Assembly (NCBI GenBank): GCA_030604405.1 | Contig: JAUVVY010000013.1 | Coordinates: 3,267 to 67,266 of the forward strand | From: a bacterium | Lineage (GTDB): Bacteria > Armatimonadota > Zipacnadia > Zipacnadales > UBA11051 | DNA length: 64,000 nt | Direction of reading: 5' to 3' | Shown here: piece after piece, positions 39,215-48,124 of the stretch | How positions within the stretch are numbered: position 1 is the first letter of the stretch | Layout of the letters: each line of letters starts with the position of its first letter | Program-made: the position numbers and the translations under genes | The notes under the pieces: model-generated | The model's database searches: none | What the model was told of the DNA's origin: nothing | What the model saw: the letters and a program-made list of their open reading frames with translations, nothing else

Positions 39215-39534
39215 CCGCCGGCATACCGACGCTCTCAAGCTGTCGCCCTGCTGTCAACACCGGCAGCGGTGTAGAGGCCATTTACTCGAGTCAGACGGAG
39301 CCGCGCTCTCTGGCTGATGACCCCCATCTGGCAGGAGAAACTCAGGCGCCAATGAAGAACCTTGTAACGAGCAATGGGGCACAGCGCCTCGTCGCAGGGG
39401 TGCGATCTGAGAGGTGGGCGTGTCCTTCCCAAAAAACCCAATACCGATGACCTTGCCCCAAAAGCGTGTCCAGGTTCAATGTTAGTATTTGTGGGAAATG
39501 TGCTGGACCATAGACTGGATAGGAGCAAGTAAGA

Positions 39535-41517
39535 ATGATTATGTACCGAAACACATTGATAGTGCTGTTGTGTTTGCCGGTAGCTGCGGGGGCCCAGTAC
39601 TCGCGGCCTGACCACGAGCCTCCGCCAGCCGATCTGGGGCAGACTTGGGTCGAGATCGAGGGTGAGGTCTATGGTGCCAGGCCGAACGAGCTGGGGCCCA
39701 TCGGCGGCGGAGAGGGCTATCAGCGGATCCTCACCGATGGTGACTACCGCGTTGCCACGGTGGACGAACTGATCGAGGCCCTTAAGAAAGCGCAAGCGGG
39801 CGAGGTTGTGTACGTTGAACCGGATGCCCAGATTGACTGCACGACGCTGGTGTTCGCCGAGAAGCTGGTACTGGAGGTACGCGAAGGGGTTACGCTAGCG
39901 AGCAACCGCGGCCACGAGGGCTCAAGAGGTGCCATGATCTACAGCGACGCGTTCGCCACCAGCAATCTGATAAGGGCTGTGGGGCCGAATGTTCGCGTTA
40001 CGGGCCTGTGGATTCGCGGACCGGATCCGAAGCGGAGGCTAGAGCATCACCGGCGCTCGTTCGATCCGGCCAGGGGAGATAGCAGTGCCCAGAGCGCGTA
40101 CTACTACAAGCTGGCGATGTCCGATGGCATTGCCAGCACGTTCTCGGGCCTGGAGGTGGACAACTGCGAGCTGTCCGGATGGAGCGTCACGGCTATCTCC
40201 TTGCCAAGCGGAACAGACCACCACATTCACCACAACTACATCCACCACAACCAGATGAACGGTCTGGGGTATGGCATGTGCATCAGTACTGCGACCGCAC
40301 TAATCGAATACAATCTCTTCGACTTCAACCGCCACTCAATCGCCGCCACTGGCCGAGTACCAAGCGGCTACGAAGCGAGACATAATGTTGAAATCGAACA
40401 TTCGCTCAGCCACAACTTCGACATGCACGGCGGGGGAGACCGGGGTGACGGCACCAACATCGCCGGTGACTGGATGAAAATCCATCACAATACCTTCCGC
40501 GGCAAACGGGTAGCGGCAATTGTGATTCGCGGAGTGCCTTGTGAGGGAGCGGAGATTCACAACAATTGGTTCTACCATGCCAAGCCCGGCAGGCAGGCTA
40601 TCGGCCCCTGGCCGACCGGCGGTGATACCGGTGTCGTTTCGCACAATAATGCCTACGGCCAGGAAAGGCCTGCCATTTGGGATGCTGAGTATCAGACCTA
40701 TCAGGAGGCCTTTGATGCAGGGATGGCAGCATACAAGGCAAAGCACTACGGGCAGGCAAGGGCGAGCTTGGGCCAGGCGCTAAGCCTCGCAGGCGACGGT
40801 GCCGAGCGGTCCAAGGCGCAGTTGTATATCGGACACTGTTACTCGAGGGAGAAATTCATCGGCATCGCCCGGGCGCAATACGAGGCGCTCCTCAATGCGA
40901 AGGACGCTGACCCGGATGACAAAGCGGTCGCGCAAAAGCGCCTCAAAGAGATTGAAGAGGCGGCAAGTGCGAAACCCGTGCAGGACTGGACCCTGGTTTT
41001 CAGCGATGATTTCGAGCGTGACGAACTGGGCGAGAATTGGAAGGTGCTTGCTGGCGACTGGCGTATCGAGGCGGGCAAGCTAGTCTGCGGGCCGGGCTAT
41101 TCGGAGATCGTCATCAACAAGACATTCCCCGGGTGCCACCGTATCGAGTTCGAGGCGATAACCCGCGGCGAAAGGCCCTGTGACTTCAGCCCCGTTATCC
41201 AAAGTGCGGGAAGGGGTTATAGTGGCGGCTACCTGATCCAGTTCGGCGGCCGCGCAAATACCGTCAATCGGATCCTTCGCGCTGATGAACCACTCGAAGA
41301 CAGGAGCGCTGATCGGTTCATCCAGGCCGGAGAGGTCCACAACATCGCTGCCGAGCTCGATGGCAATACGCTCCGGCTTACAGTGGATGGCAGCATCATT
41401 GCTGAGGGCCGCGATAGTGCCCCCCTGTTGGGCGAGGGCCACGAAATGGCAGGACTCTATATCCACTGTGAGACCACGGTGGACAACGTCAAGGTTTACA
41501 CATCGAAGCCCCGTTAA
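39535..41517 (+). CDS. Secreted right-handed beta-helix + TPR + DUF1080/LamG-like protein (paralogue A')
   Basis: Collinear with 34681..36687; first ~130 codons almost identical. Confidence 0.8.
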   Translation: MIMYRNTLIVLLCLPVAAGAQYSRPDHEPPPADLGQTWVEIEGEVYGARPNELGPIGGGEGYQRILTDGDYRVATVDELIEALKKAQAGEVVYVEPDAQIDCTTLVFAEKLVLEVREGVTLASNRGHEGSRGAMIYSDAFATSNLIRAVGPNVRVTGLWIRGPDPKRRLEHHRRSFDPARGDSSAQSAYYYKLAMSDGIASTFSGLEVDNCELSGWSVTAISLPSGTDHHIHHNYIHHNQMNGLGYGMCISTATALIEYNLFDFNRHSIAATGRVPSGYEARHNVEIEHSLSHNFDMHGGGDRGDGTNIAGDWMKIHHNTFRGKRVAAIVIRGVPCEGAEIHNNWFYHAKPGRQAIGPWPTGGDTGVVSHNNAYGQERPAIWDAEYQTYQEAFDAGMAAYKAKHYGQARASLGQALSLAGDGAERSKAQLYIGHCYSREKFIGIARAQYEALLNAKDADPDDKAVAQKRLKEIEEAASAKPVQDWTLVFSDDFERDELGENWKVLAGDWRIEAGKLVCGPGYSEIVINKTFPGCHRIEFEAITRGERPCDFSPVIQSAGRGYSGGYLIQFGGRANTVNRILRADEPLEDRSADRFIQAGEVHNIAAELDGNTLRLTVDGSIIAEGRDSAPLLGEGHEMAGLYIHCETTVDNVKVYTSKPR

Positions 41518-41675
41518 CCGTGCCAAGGGTTCACATGTCGCCCTTCGGAGGGGCCAGATAGTACGGTGCAACCACCGCGCCTCCGTATCCGGCCCAGCCG
41601 TCACCGGAATCCGCACACCCACAGATGATATCCAAGCAGTGCCCCATCTCGCGCTGGAACTGAAGGAGTGATGTC

Positions 41676-42728
41676 ATGGAGTCTCCCAGGAACACTGACA
41701 AAGACAGCCTGCCCGCAGGCGAACAGCCCTTCAAGGACGTGGAACGCTACGAACGCCCACAATACCTGCGACTGCTCTCGGGCAAGCTTTTCAGGACCGA
41801 AGACAAGGACTACGCCGCGACATCCGACGACGGGGAAACCTGGAGGAGGGGAGGACGCATCAACCCTTACAACATCGGACAGTGTCTGGATGACGTAGAA
41901 ATCCAGATTCAAAACGGCTCATACGAGGGCAGGCTCGTCAGCCCCTACTACCTCGAAATGGACGGGGACCACCCCGACTACACCCGCCAGCAGCGTGGCG
42001 GTTACGCCATTTGGAGGGGCAAGACGATCTGCCTGCAGACCCATACCCACGTCCCGGAAATGGCGGGCAGCTTCATGTGTTACAGTGACGACGAGGGCCT
42101 CACCTGGCAGACATCCAGGGGATTTCTGATGGGTTACTTCGACGACGGCCACCTCGGACACTGGACTTGCGAGGAGCCGGTGGTCGCGGAACTCAAGGAC
42201 GGACGGCTCCTCTGCTTCATGCGCTCCACGTGCGGGTGCATCTTGAAGAGCTATTCGAGCGACGGCGGGGAAAGCTGGACCAAGGTCGAGACCACCGACC
42301 TGGCGATGTCGAATTCCCCCTGTGCGCTGTGCCGCATTCCCACCACGGGTGACTTGGTGCTGGTGTGGAATCCGATGTCGGCGGAAGAGATCTGCCGCGG
42401 GTACCGGCGCGGTCGCCTCGCGCTTGCCATCTCAGAGGACGATGGTCAGACGTGGGGGCGTGTACGCACACTGGAACTGGTCCCTGGTCTTGAGGATGTC
42501 GAGTGGGTCGAGCCGCCTGCGGAACTCACTCCCATGGTGCGCGGTGGCAGCGGGCCCGAGGAGATCCTGAGCGAACTTCCCGATGGCTTCACGCACTACC
42601 ATTACGCCAGCATCTTCGCCTCCGAGGACGGCATCACCATCGGCTACATCGTCAGTTGCCCACCCGGCGGCGAGAAGGCATACTACCGCTGGCGCAAGTT
42701 TCCCATCTCGCAGCTCTACGAAGAGTGA
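41676..42728 (+). CDS. BNR/Asp-box sialidase-family protein
   Basis: AAGGAG RBS; SDDGETW, SDDEGLTW, SSDGGESW and SEDDGQTW Asp-boxes; EEPVVAELKDGRLLCFMRS. Confidence 0.85.
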   Translation: MESPRNTDKDSLPAGEQPFKDVERYERPQYLRLLSGKLFRTEDKDYAATSDDGETWRRGGRINPYNIGQCLDDVEIQIQNGSYEGRLVSPYYLEMDGDHPDYTRQQRGGYAIWRGKTICLQTHTHVPEMAGSFMCYSDDEGLTWQTSRGFLMGYFDDGHLGHWTCEEPVVAELKDGRLLCFMRSTCGCILKSYSSDGGESWTKVETTDLAMSNSPCALCRIPTTGDLVLVWNPMSAEEICRGYRRGRLALAISEDDGQTWGRVRTLELVPGLEDVEWVEPPAELTPMVRGGSGPEEILSELPDGFTHYHYASIFASEDGITIGYIVSCPPGGEKAYYRWRKFPISQLYEE

Positions 42729-42878
42729 GGTGCCAGTACAATACCACTCCGCCCCGCGGGTGAGCTGGCGGCAGAGGGGGACTTTTGATCGGTCTGCGAG
42801 TTGGCCGATGGAAGGGCGTCGAACGCGGCACGGTAGAGGAGGCTCGCCAAGCCACGACGGGTGAATGCGAGGTCAGCC

Positions 42879-44162
42879 ATGACAGCGGGAAACGAGAAAT
42901 GGCCCAACGCGGATGACTACGCGAACAACAAGAGTGAGTGGCCGGAGGAGCAAGCGGCGCAGCATCCCCACGGCCCGCCGGATGACGACCGGTGCCAGTT
43001 CAAGCTCGAGTCCACGTGGCCGCCAAAGAGGTGTGGCCTACCGAAGTATGACGAGGACGAAAACGGTGAGTCGCGCTGCATCTTCCATTCCACGCGCCAA
43101 GACCGCGAGCACGAAGAACTCCGGCGGGAACTGGAAATGGCCGTGAACAGGGAAGCCCATCTCGACAGCGCCAATCCCCAGGGAGCGCATCTCGGGGATG
43201 CCAATCTGCAGGAAGCCCATCTGTCGGGGGCCAATCTGCAAGGAGCGCATCTACGGGGCGCCAATTTTCAGGGAGCGGACCTGGCGAGCGCCAATCTGCA
43301 GCGAGCGTATCTGTCGGAAGCGGACTTGCGGAGAGCCCTACTGCTCGGCGCCAGGCTGTAGGGAGCGCATCTGTCGGACGCCAATTTGCAGGAAGCGGTA
43401 CTGGCGCTTGCCAAGCTGCAGGGAGCGAACCTCCGCGGCGCCAAGCTGACACGCGATATTGATCTGCGAAGGGCGAAGCTGGTCGGGGTGCATCTGCGCT
43501 GGGCGACGATATCGGCGGAAGCGGACCTCGACGGCGCGGACTGGGGCCATAGTTGCATCATCAGGGAGGAGGAACAAGAACGCCGAGAGCCGCGTGCCGA
43601 GCAACAGCCCGCGGCATTCTCTGACTGCGCGGCGATATATCGGCAGATAAAACGCTCGTATCAGGAATCGGCGGACTATCAGACGGCGGGCACGTTCTTC
43701 GTGCGGGAGATGGAGTGCCGCAGGATGCAGCTTGTGCTGAGAACGCCCGGCGGCATCTCCCTGTGGCAACGGCTAGCACGGCGCATAACGCGCGCCTTCT
43801 GGTGGCTGTCCGTGTTCACCTGCCGCCACGGCGAAGACCCCGGAAGACTGGCGCTCGCCATGGCCGGCGTAGTCCTGCTCTTCGCGCTCATCTACGGCCT
43901 CACCGGAATCCAGATGCTCGGCGATTATGCCATCAAGGAGGATATTATCTCGCCAGGCCTCGCGATGGGCCCACTCAGCCAGTAGCTGCCGCAGGCAGGG
44001 AGAGCCATCTACTTCTCTGGCGTTACCTTCACCAGCCTCGGCTACGGCGACATGCGGCCAACGCCCGGATGCGGCCAAGCCGTGGCGCTCGCCGAAGTCA
44101 CCCTCGGCGTCGTGCTCATCGCCCTGTTCGTCGGTTGCGTGATCCGCAAGGTCAGCCGGTGA
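42879..44162 (+). pseudogene. Pentapeptide-repeat + two-TM potassium channel (Ion_trans_2) protein interrupted by two in-frame TAG codons
   Basis: One frame from ATG 42879 to TGA 44160-44162 with TAG at 43359 and 43983; A(N/H)LQG pentapeptides; pore motif YFSGVTFTSLGYGD lies after the second TAG. Confidence 0.85.
43150..43450 (+). repeat. 30-bp tandem repeat encoding pentapeptide pairs
   Basis: Repeated GCCAATCTGCAGG(G/A)AGC(G/C)CATCT units. Confidence 0.8.
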
Positions 44163-44565
44163 CGGCAACGGGGGAGAGACCGCCGAACACTCCGCCGTTG
44201 ACCGTGGATGCCCCTTCGACCGTTTCGCTCTTTGACCGCGGACGGCTAACCCGGACACACCTGTGCAGCGGTTCTACTTCCGCGCTGTGCGCCCGGGCCC
44301 AGCCGACGTGAGCTTCCGAGCGGGAGACCTTGCTGTGATTGGTGGTGCTGTTGTAAGCAGCCCAAGCTGTTGACTGTGAGCGAGTACCAAGACGAGTGCG
44401 GCGGTGTCAGGAGCCGGTGAGAAACCCTCAAATCTCCAGCTTCTGACCAATGAATGTTATCCGCACGGAGGACTTATGGCGCCGATCAGCCAATCTTGCA
44501 GACAGTCGCAAGCCAGGCAAAAAATTCCGGCCAACTAGATGCTCCGACTGCAGGGGGCTTGGTAG

Positions 44566-45612
44566 ATGCAAGCAGCCGTGTACTATGGGCCAGGGGATAT
44601 CCGTGTTGAGGATCGTCCCGCACCAAAAGCGACAAGCGCAAATGTGATCGTGCAAGTTCACTGTTGCGCAATATGCGGCACAGATGTCAAACTAGCCACC
44701 ATCGGACATCACCGCTGCACGCCGCCGCGCATCATCGGCCACGAGATGGTCGGACATATTGTGCACATTGGTGAGAACGTCCCGGGTTGGGCGGAAGGTG
44801 AACGGCTCACGCTAGCCACCACCGTGGCGTGCGGGGATTGCTCGTACTGCCGACTTGGCCTGGGCAATATGTGTCCCAATTCCCTCCCCATCGGGCTGCA
44901 GGCTGACGGCGCCTTTGCTGAACTGCTGGCCGTGCCGCCGGCGGCAATAGCGGGCGGCAACGTTATCAAGGTGCCCGACAACGTGCCCGATGCAGCAGCC
45001 GCCTTGAGCGAGCCGCTGAGCTGCGTCATCAACGCGCAGCAGATCGTCGGCGTGAAAGCGGGCGACAGCGTGCTGGTTATTGGCGGCGGGCCGCTGGGGG
45101 CCCTGCATGCGGAAACAGCTAAGGCGCGAGGGGCGACCAACGTGATGATCGTTCAAAGATCCGAACCCAGACTGTCACTGTTGCGCAAGTTGCCGGAGGT
45201 TCTGGTCATTGACGGCGCGCACGAAGACGTGGGCGACGCAGTCGACGAGAACACGGACGGATTGGGAGCGGATGTCGTCATCGTCGCGGCGCCTTCCCGC
45301 GAAGCCCAGGAGCAGTCAGTTTATTATGCACGCAAGGGCGGAGCAATCAGCTTATTCGCAAGTCTGCCAAATGGCGAGGCAGATATTACTTACGACAGCC
45401 GGATCATTCACTATGGCGAGCTTCGGCTTGCCGGGGCCTCCGATTCACGACCTGACCACGTTGCGCTGGCGGTTCAACTTATGGCGGAGGGCAAAATCGC
45501 CGCGGACGCGATCGTTACGCACAGAGTGCCTCTGGACAATCTCCACGAGGGCCTGCGGTTGATGGAAGAAAAGCAATCACTCAAAGTGCTGATCTATCCG
45601 CCCGGGGACTAG
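44566..45612 (+). CDS. Zinc-dependent alcohol/polyol dehydrogenase (sorbitol/iditol dehydrogenase-like)
   Basis: CGTD, GHE, CGDCSYC..C structural Zn site, EPLSC and GGGPLG motifs. Confidence 0.9.
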   Translation: MQAAVYYGPGDIRVEDRPAPKATSANVIVQVHCCAICGTDVKLATIGHHRCTPPRIIGHEMVGHIVHIGENVPGWAEGERLTLATTVACGDCSYCRLGLGNMCPNSLPIGLQADGAFAELLAVPPAAIAGGNVIKVPDNVPDAAAALSEPLSCVINAQQIVGVKAGDSVLVIGGGPLGALHAETAKARGATNVMIVQRSEPRLSLLRKLPEVLVIDGAHEDVGDAVDENTDGLGADVVIVAAPSREAQEQSVYYARKGGAISLFASLPNGEADITYDSRIIHYGELRLAGASDSRPDHVALAVQLMAEGKIAADAIVTHRVPLDNLHEGLRLMEEKQSLKVLIYPPGD

Positions 45613-45683
45613 GGAAGGCGATGCGGGGAGCCGGGCTGGCGGCAGCGCCCAAGATTTGATAAACAGGAGGCGAACAACGGAGG

Positions 45684-46460
45684 ATGATGCTCCAGAACAG
45701 AGTCGCGGTAGTGACCGGCGGGGGCAGTGGCATCGGCGCAGAGATCTGCCGCACTTTTGCTGCGGAGGGAGCCGGTGTCGGTGTGGCCGACATACGTCTG
45801 GAAGCTGCGGAAGAGGTCGCAGAGCAAATCCGTCGTGCGGGGGGACAGGCACTTGCGCTTGCGTGTGATGTTGCCGATCGCCACCTGGTCGAAGAGATGG
45901 CCGATGGCGTCGAACGCGAATTGGGCCCGCTGGCGATCTGGGTGAATAACGCGGCTGTCTCATACATACTTCCATTTTTGGAGTGCACCGAGGAGATATG
46001 GGATCGGACTCTCGCCATTAACCTCAAGGGTATGTTCTTGGGCTGTCAGGCCGCTGTCCGGCGAATGCTGCCGCGCAGGCAGGGAGTAATCCTGAATATG
46101 TCATCCCAGTCGGGCAAGGTCGGTAACAGCCACTACGCAGCGTACTGTGCAAGCAAGTTTGGCGTGATCGGCCTCACCCAGTCGCTGGCGGTCGAGTTCG
46201 CCGCTGACGGGATACGGGTCAATGCTATTTGCCCTGGTGTCGTTTTTACTGGGATGTGGGAGAGGCAATTGGCGGACTACGCGCGCAAGAAGGGACTTAG
46301 ACCCGAGGAAGTTGGCCCGTACCTGGAGAGCAAGATCCCGCTGGGCAGGCTCGGTACGACGCAGGATGTTGCTCGCACTGCCGCATTCCTGGCAAGTGAC
46401 GATGCCAAGTACATAACCGGCCAGGCGGTGAACGTCTCCGGTGGCGCAGTTATGCGCTGA
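45684..46460 (+). CDS. SDR oxidoreductase, sorbitol-6-phosphate dehydrogenase-like
   Basis: TGGGSGIG, NNAA, SSQSGKVGNSHYAAYCASKFG and TGQAVNVSGG motifs. Confidence 0.88.
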   Translation: MMLQNRVAVVTGGGSGIGAEICRTFAAEGAGVGVADIRLEAAEEVAEQIRRAGGQALALACDVADRHLVEEMADGVERELGPLAIWVNNAAVSYILPFLECTEEIWDRTLAINLKGMFLGCQAAVRRMLPRRQGVILNMSSQSGKVGNSHYAAYCASKFGVIGLTQSLAVEFAADGIRVNAICPGVVFTGMWERQLADYARKKGLRPEEVGPYLESKIPLGRLGTTQDVARTAAFLASDDAKYITGQAVNVSGGAVMR

Positions 46461-46526
46461 CCGGATGCGGTCTGGTCGAAGTGGCGCAATATGAGATACT
46501 GTAACCATCCCAACGACCTCGGGCTG

Positions 46527-46566
46527 CCCTTCGACGTTGCTCAGGGCCGTGAGCCTGCCGAACGGG
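46527..46566. repeat. REP-like hairpin of the CTTCGAC..GCTCAG family
   Basis: CCCTTCGACGTTGCTCAGGGCCGTGAGCCTGCCGAACGGG, an imperfect palindrome related to those at 2384, 2471 and 14613. Confidence 0.65.
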
Positions 46567-46681
46567 AAGCTGAGAACTGACCCACGCCTCTGGCGTAGGT
46601 ACCCGCGTTCTCACCTGAGTGTGGCAAACAGGGCCACACTCAGGCCGAGCTACGCGCCGGTGACTGATGGAGGGCTGGAGC

Positions 46682-47608
46682 ATGATCGGCAGTGGTGAGA
46701 TTGTCATCAACGCTTTCAGACAGGGCCTGATGGTGCCGGCCTTCAACGTTCCCTACCTGCCCATGATTGAGCCGGTGGCACGGGCGGTGGCTGACGAGGA
46801 TGCCTTCGCCTTTGTCGCCGTTGCACGCCCGGAATGGATAAAGTTTGAGGCGATAGGACCGGCGGCAGTCGCGGAGGAGTTCGCCAAGTGGGACGACCCT
46901 GAGCATGTTCGGCTTCATCTCGACCATGTGCCGGTTATTGATGAGGATGATCTGCGCGTGGACTTCGTACCCATATTTCGGGAGGCGATTGATGTGGGAT
47001 ACCAGTCAGTGATGATTGATGCCTCCCGGCTTGACCTGGACGGAAATATCCGGGCAACCCGGCAAATTGCCGACATGGCCCACGCAGCCGGCATTGCCTG
47101 CGAGGCGGAATTGGGCGCTATTTTGGGACATGCAGCCGGGCCGTTGCCCCCGTATGATGAGCTCTATGAGTCGGGCATGGGGTTCACCGATGTGGCTGAA
47201 GCTGAACGCTTCGTCCGCGAAGCCGGCTGCGACTGGCTGTCGGTAGCCATCGGCAGTGTGCACGGTGCCATTTCGGGCGCTGCCAAGGACAAGAAGAAAA
47301 TCGAAGCGCGCTTGAACCTCGAGCACCTGGAGCGACTCAGGCAGGCCACCGGCATCCCGCTGGTGCTGCATGGTGGCTCCAGCGTAAAGCGGGATATGCT
47401 GCTGGCCGCGGTTGACCTGGGTATCGCCAAGGTAAATGTCGCTACCGAGATACGACAGGCCTACGAATCCGCTCTCCGCGAACGCGGCCAGGTCGCAGCC
47501 GCTCAGCAGGCGGTTTACGACCGCACTATCTGGCTGCTCCGCGATTACTTCGCAGTCTCGGGCACCAGTAAGTGTCTTACAACAGCAAATGAGAATCAGG
47601 CCCAGTGA
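46682..47608 (+). CDS. Class II fructose/tagatose-bisphosphate aldolase family protein
   Basis: PAFN, LHLDH, SVMIDAS, EAELG, GSVHG, PLVLHGGS and KVNVAT motifs. Confidence 0.9.
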   Translation: MIGSGEIVINAFRQGLMVPAFNVPYLPMIEPVARAVADEDAFAFVAVARPEWIKFEAIGPAAVAEEFAKWDDPEHVRLHLDHVPVIDEDDLRVDFVPIFREAIDVGYQSVMIDASRLDLDGNIRATRQIADMAHAAGIACEAELGAILGHAAGPLPPYDELYESGMGFTDVAEAERFVREAGCDWLSVAIGSVHGAISGAAKDKKKIEARLNLEHLERLRQATGIPLVLHGGSSVKRDMLLAAVDLGIAKVNVATEIRQAYESALRERGQVAAAQQAVYDRTIWLLRDYFAVSGTSKCLTTANENQAQ

Positions 47609-47654
47609 GGCCGCCGGGCATTGACGCGGGCGTGCCCGGATTGGAGGAAAGGCA

Positions 47655-47906
47655 ATGACTGACTTTCCCGAATTCGATGCGGACAAGATTGACGAGGTTG
47701 CCATCGCTTTTCTGTTCTTCACCATGCATGACGACGGCTTCGGCGCTCGTGCGTGGAAGGGCTTCGCCTGGGAGATCCTTGACCGCCTGCACGAGAAGGG
47801 ATGGATCGGCAATCCGAAGAGCAAGGCGAAGTCGGTGGCCTTGACGGAGGAAGGAAAGCGTTTGGCAGAGCAATATGCACAGAAGCACTTCGCCCTGCCC
47901 GACTGA
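47655..47906 (+). CDS. DUF6429 family small protein
   Basis: GAGGA RBS; DKIDE..RAWKGFAWEILDRLHEKGWI.NPKSKAKSVALTEEG signature. Confidence 0.8.
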   Translation: MTDFPEFDADKIDEVAIAFLFFTMHDDGFGARAWKGFAWEILDRLHEKGWIGNPKSKAKSVALTEEGKRLAEQYAQKHFALPD

Positions 47907-48124
47907 GCAACGGAATGCACGCCCCTCATCAACACCTCGAGGCACGTAGCCGCTTTCTAGCGGCCACGTACCTAGCCATAGCCGCGAGCAGATAACGGTT
48001 CGGCTGTGGATCCCATGTGCAGGTGTTGGCAGTAACCTCGGCGAATTCCCCCCGTAGTGACTGATGGCAGCAACATGCATAGGCGTAGCCCTGCCCGTGC
48101 ACAGATCTTAGGAGGCGTCTGCCG

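Noticed and set aside
34681..41517. Diversity-generating retroelement template/variable repeat pair
   Set aside because: Similarity spans whole genes, differences are not adenine-specific, and no reverse transcriptase is present in the window.
47947..47972. Hairpin ACGTAGCCGCTTTCTAGCGGCCACGT as a terminator
   Set aside because: No U-tract on either side; function cannot be assigned.
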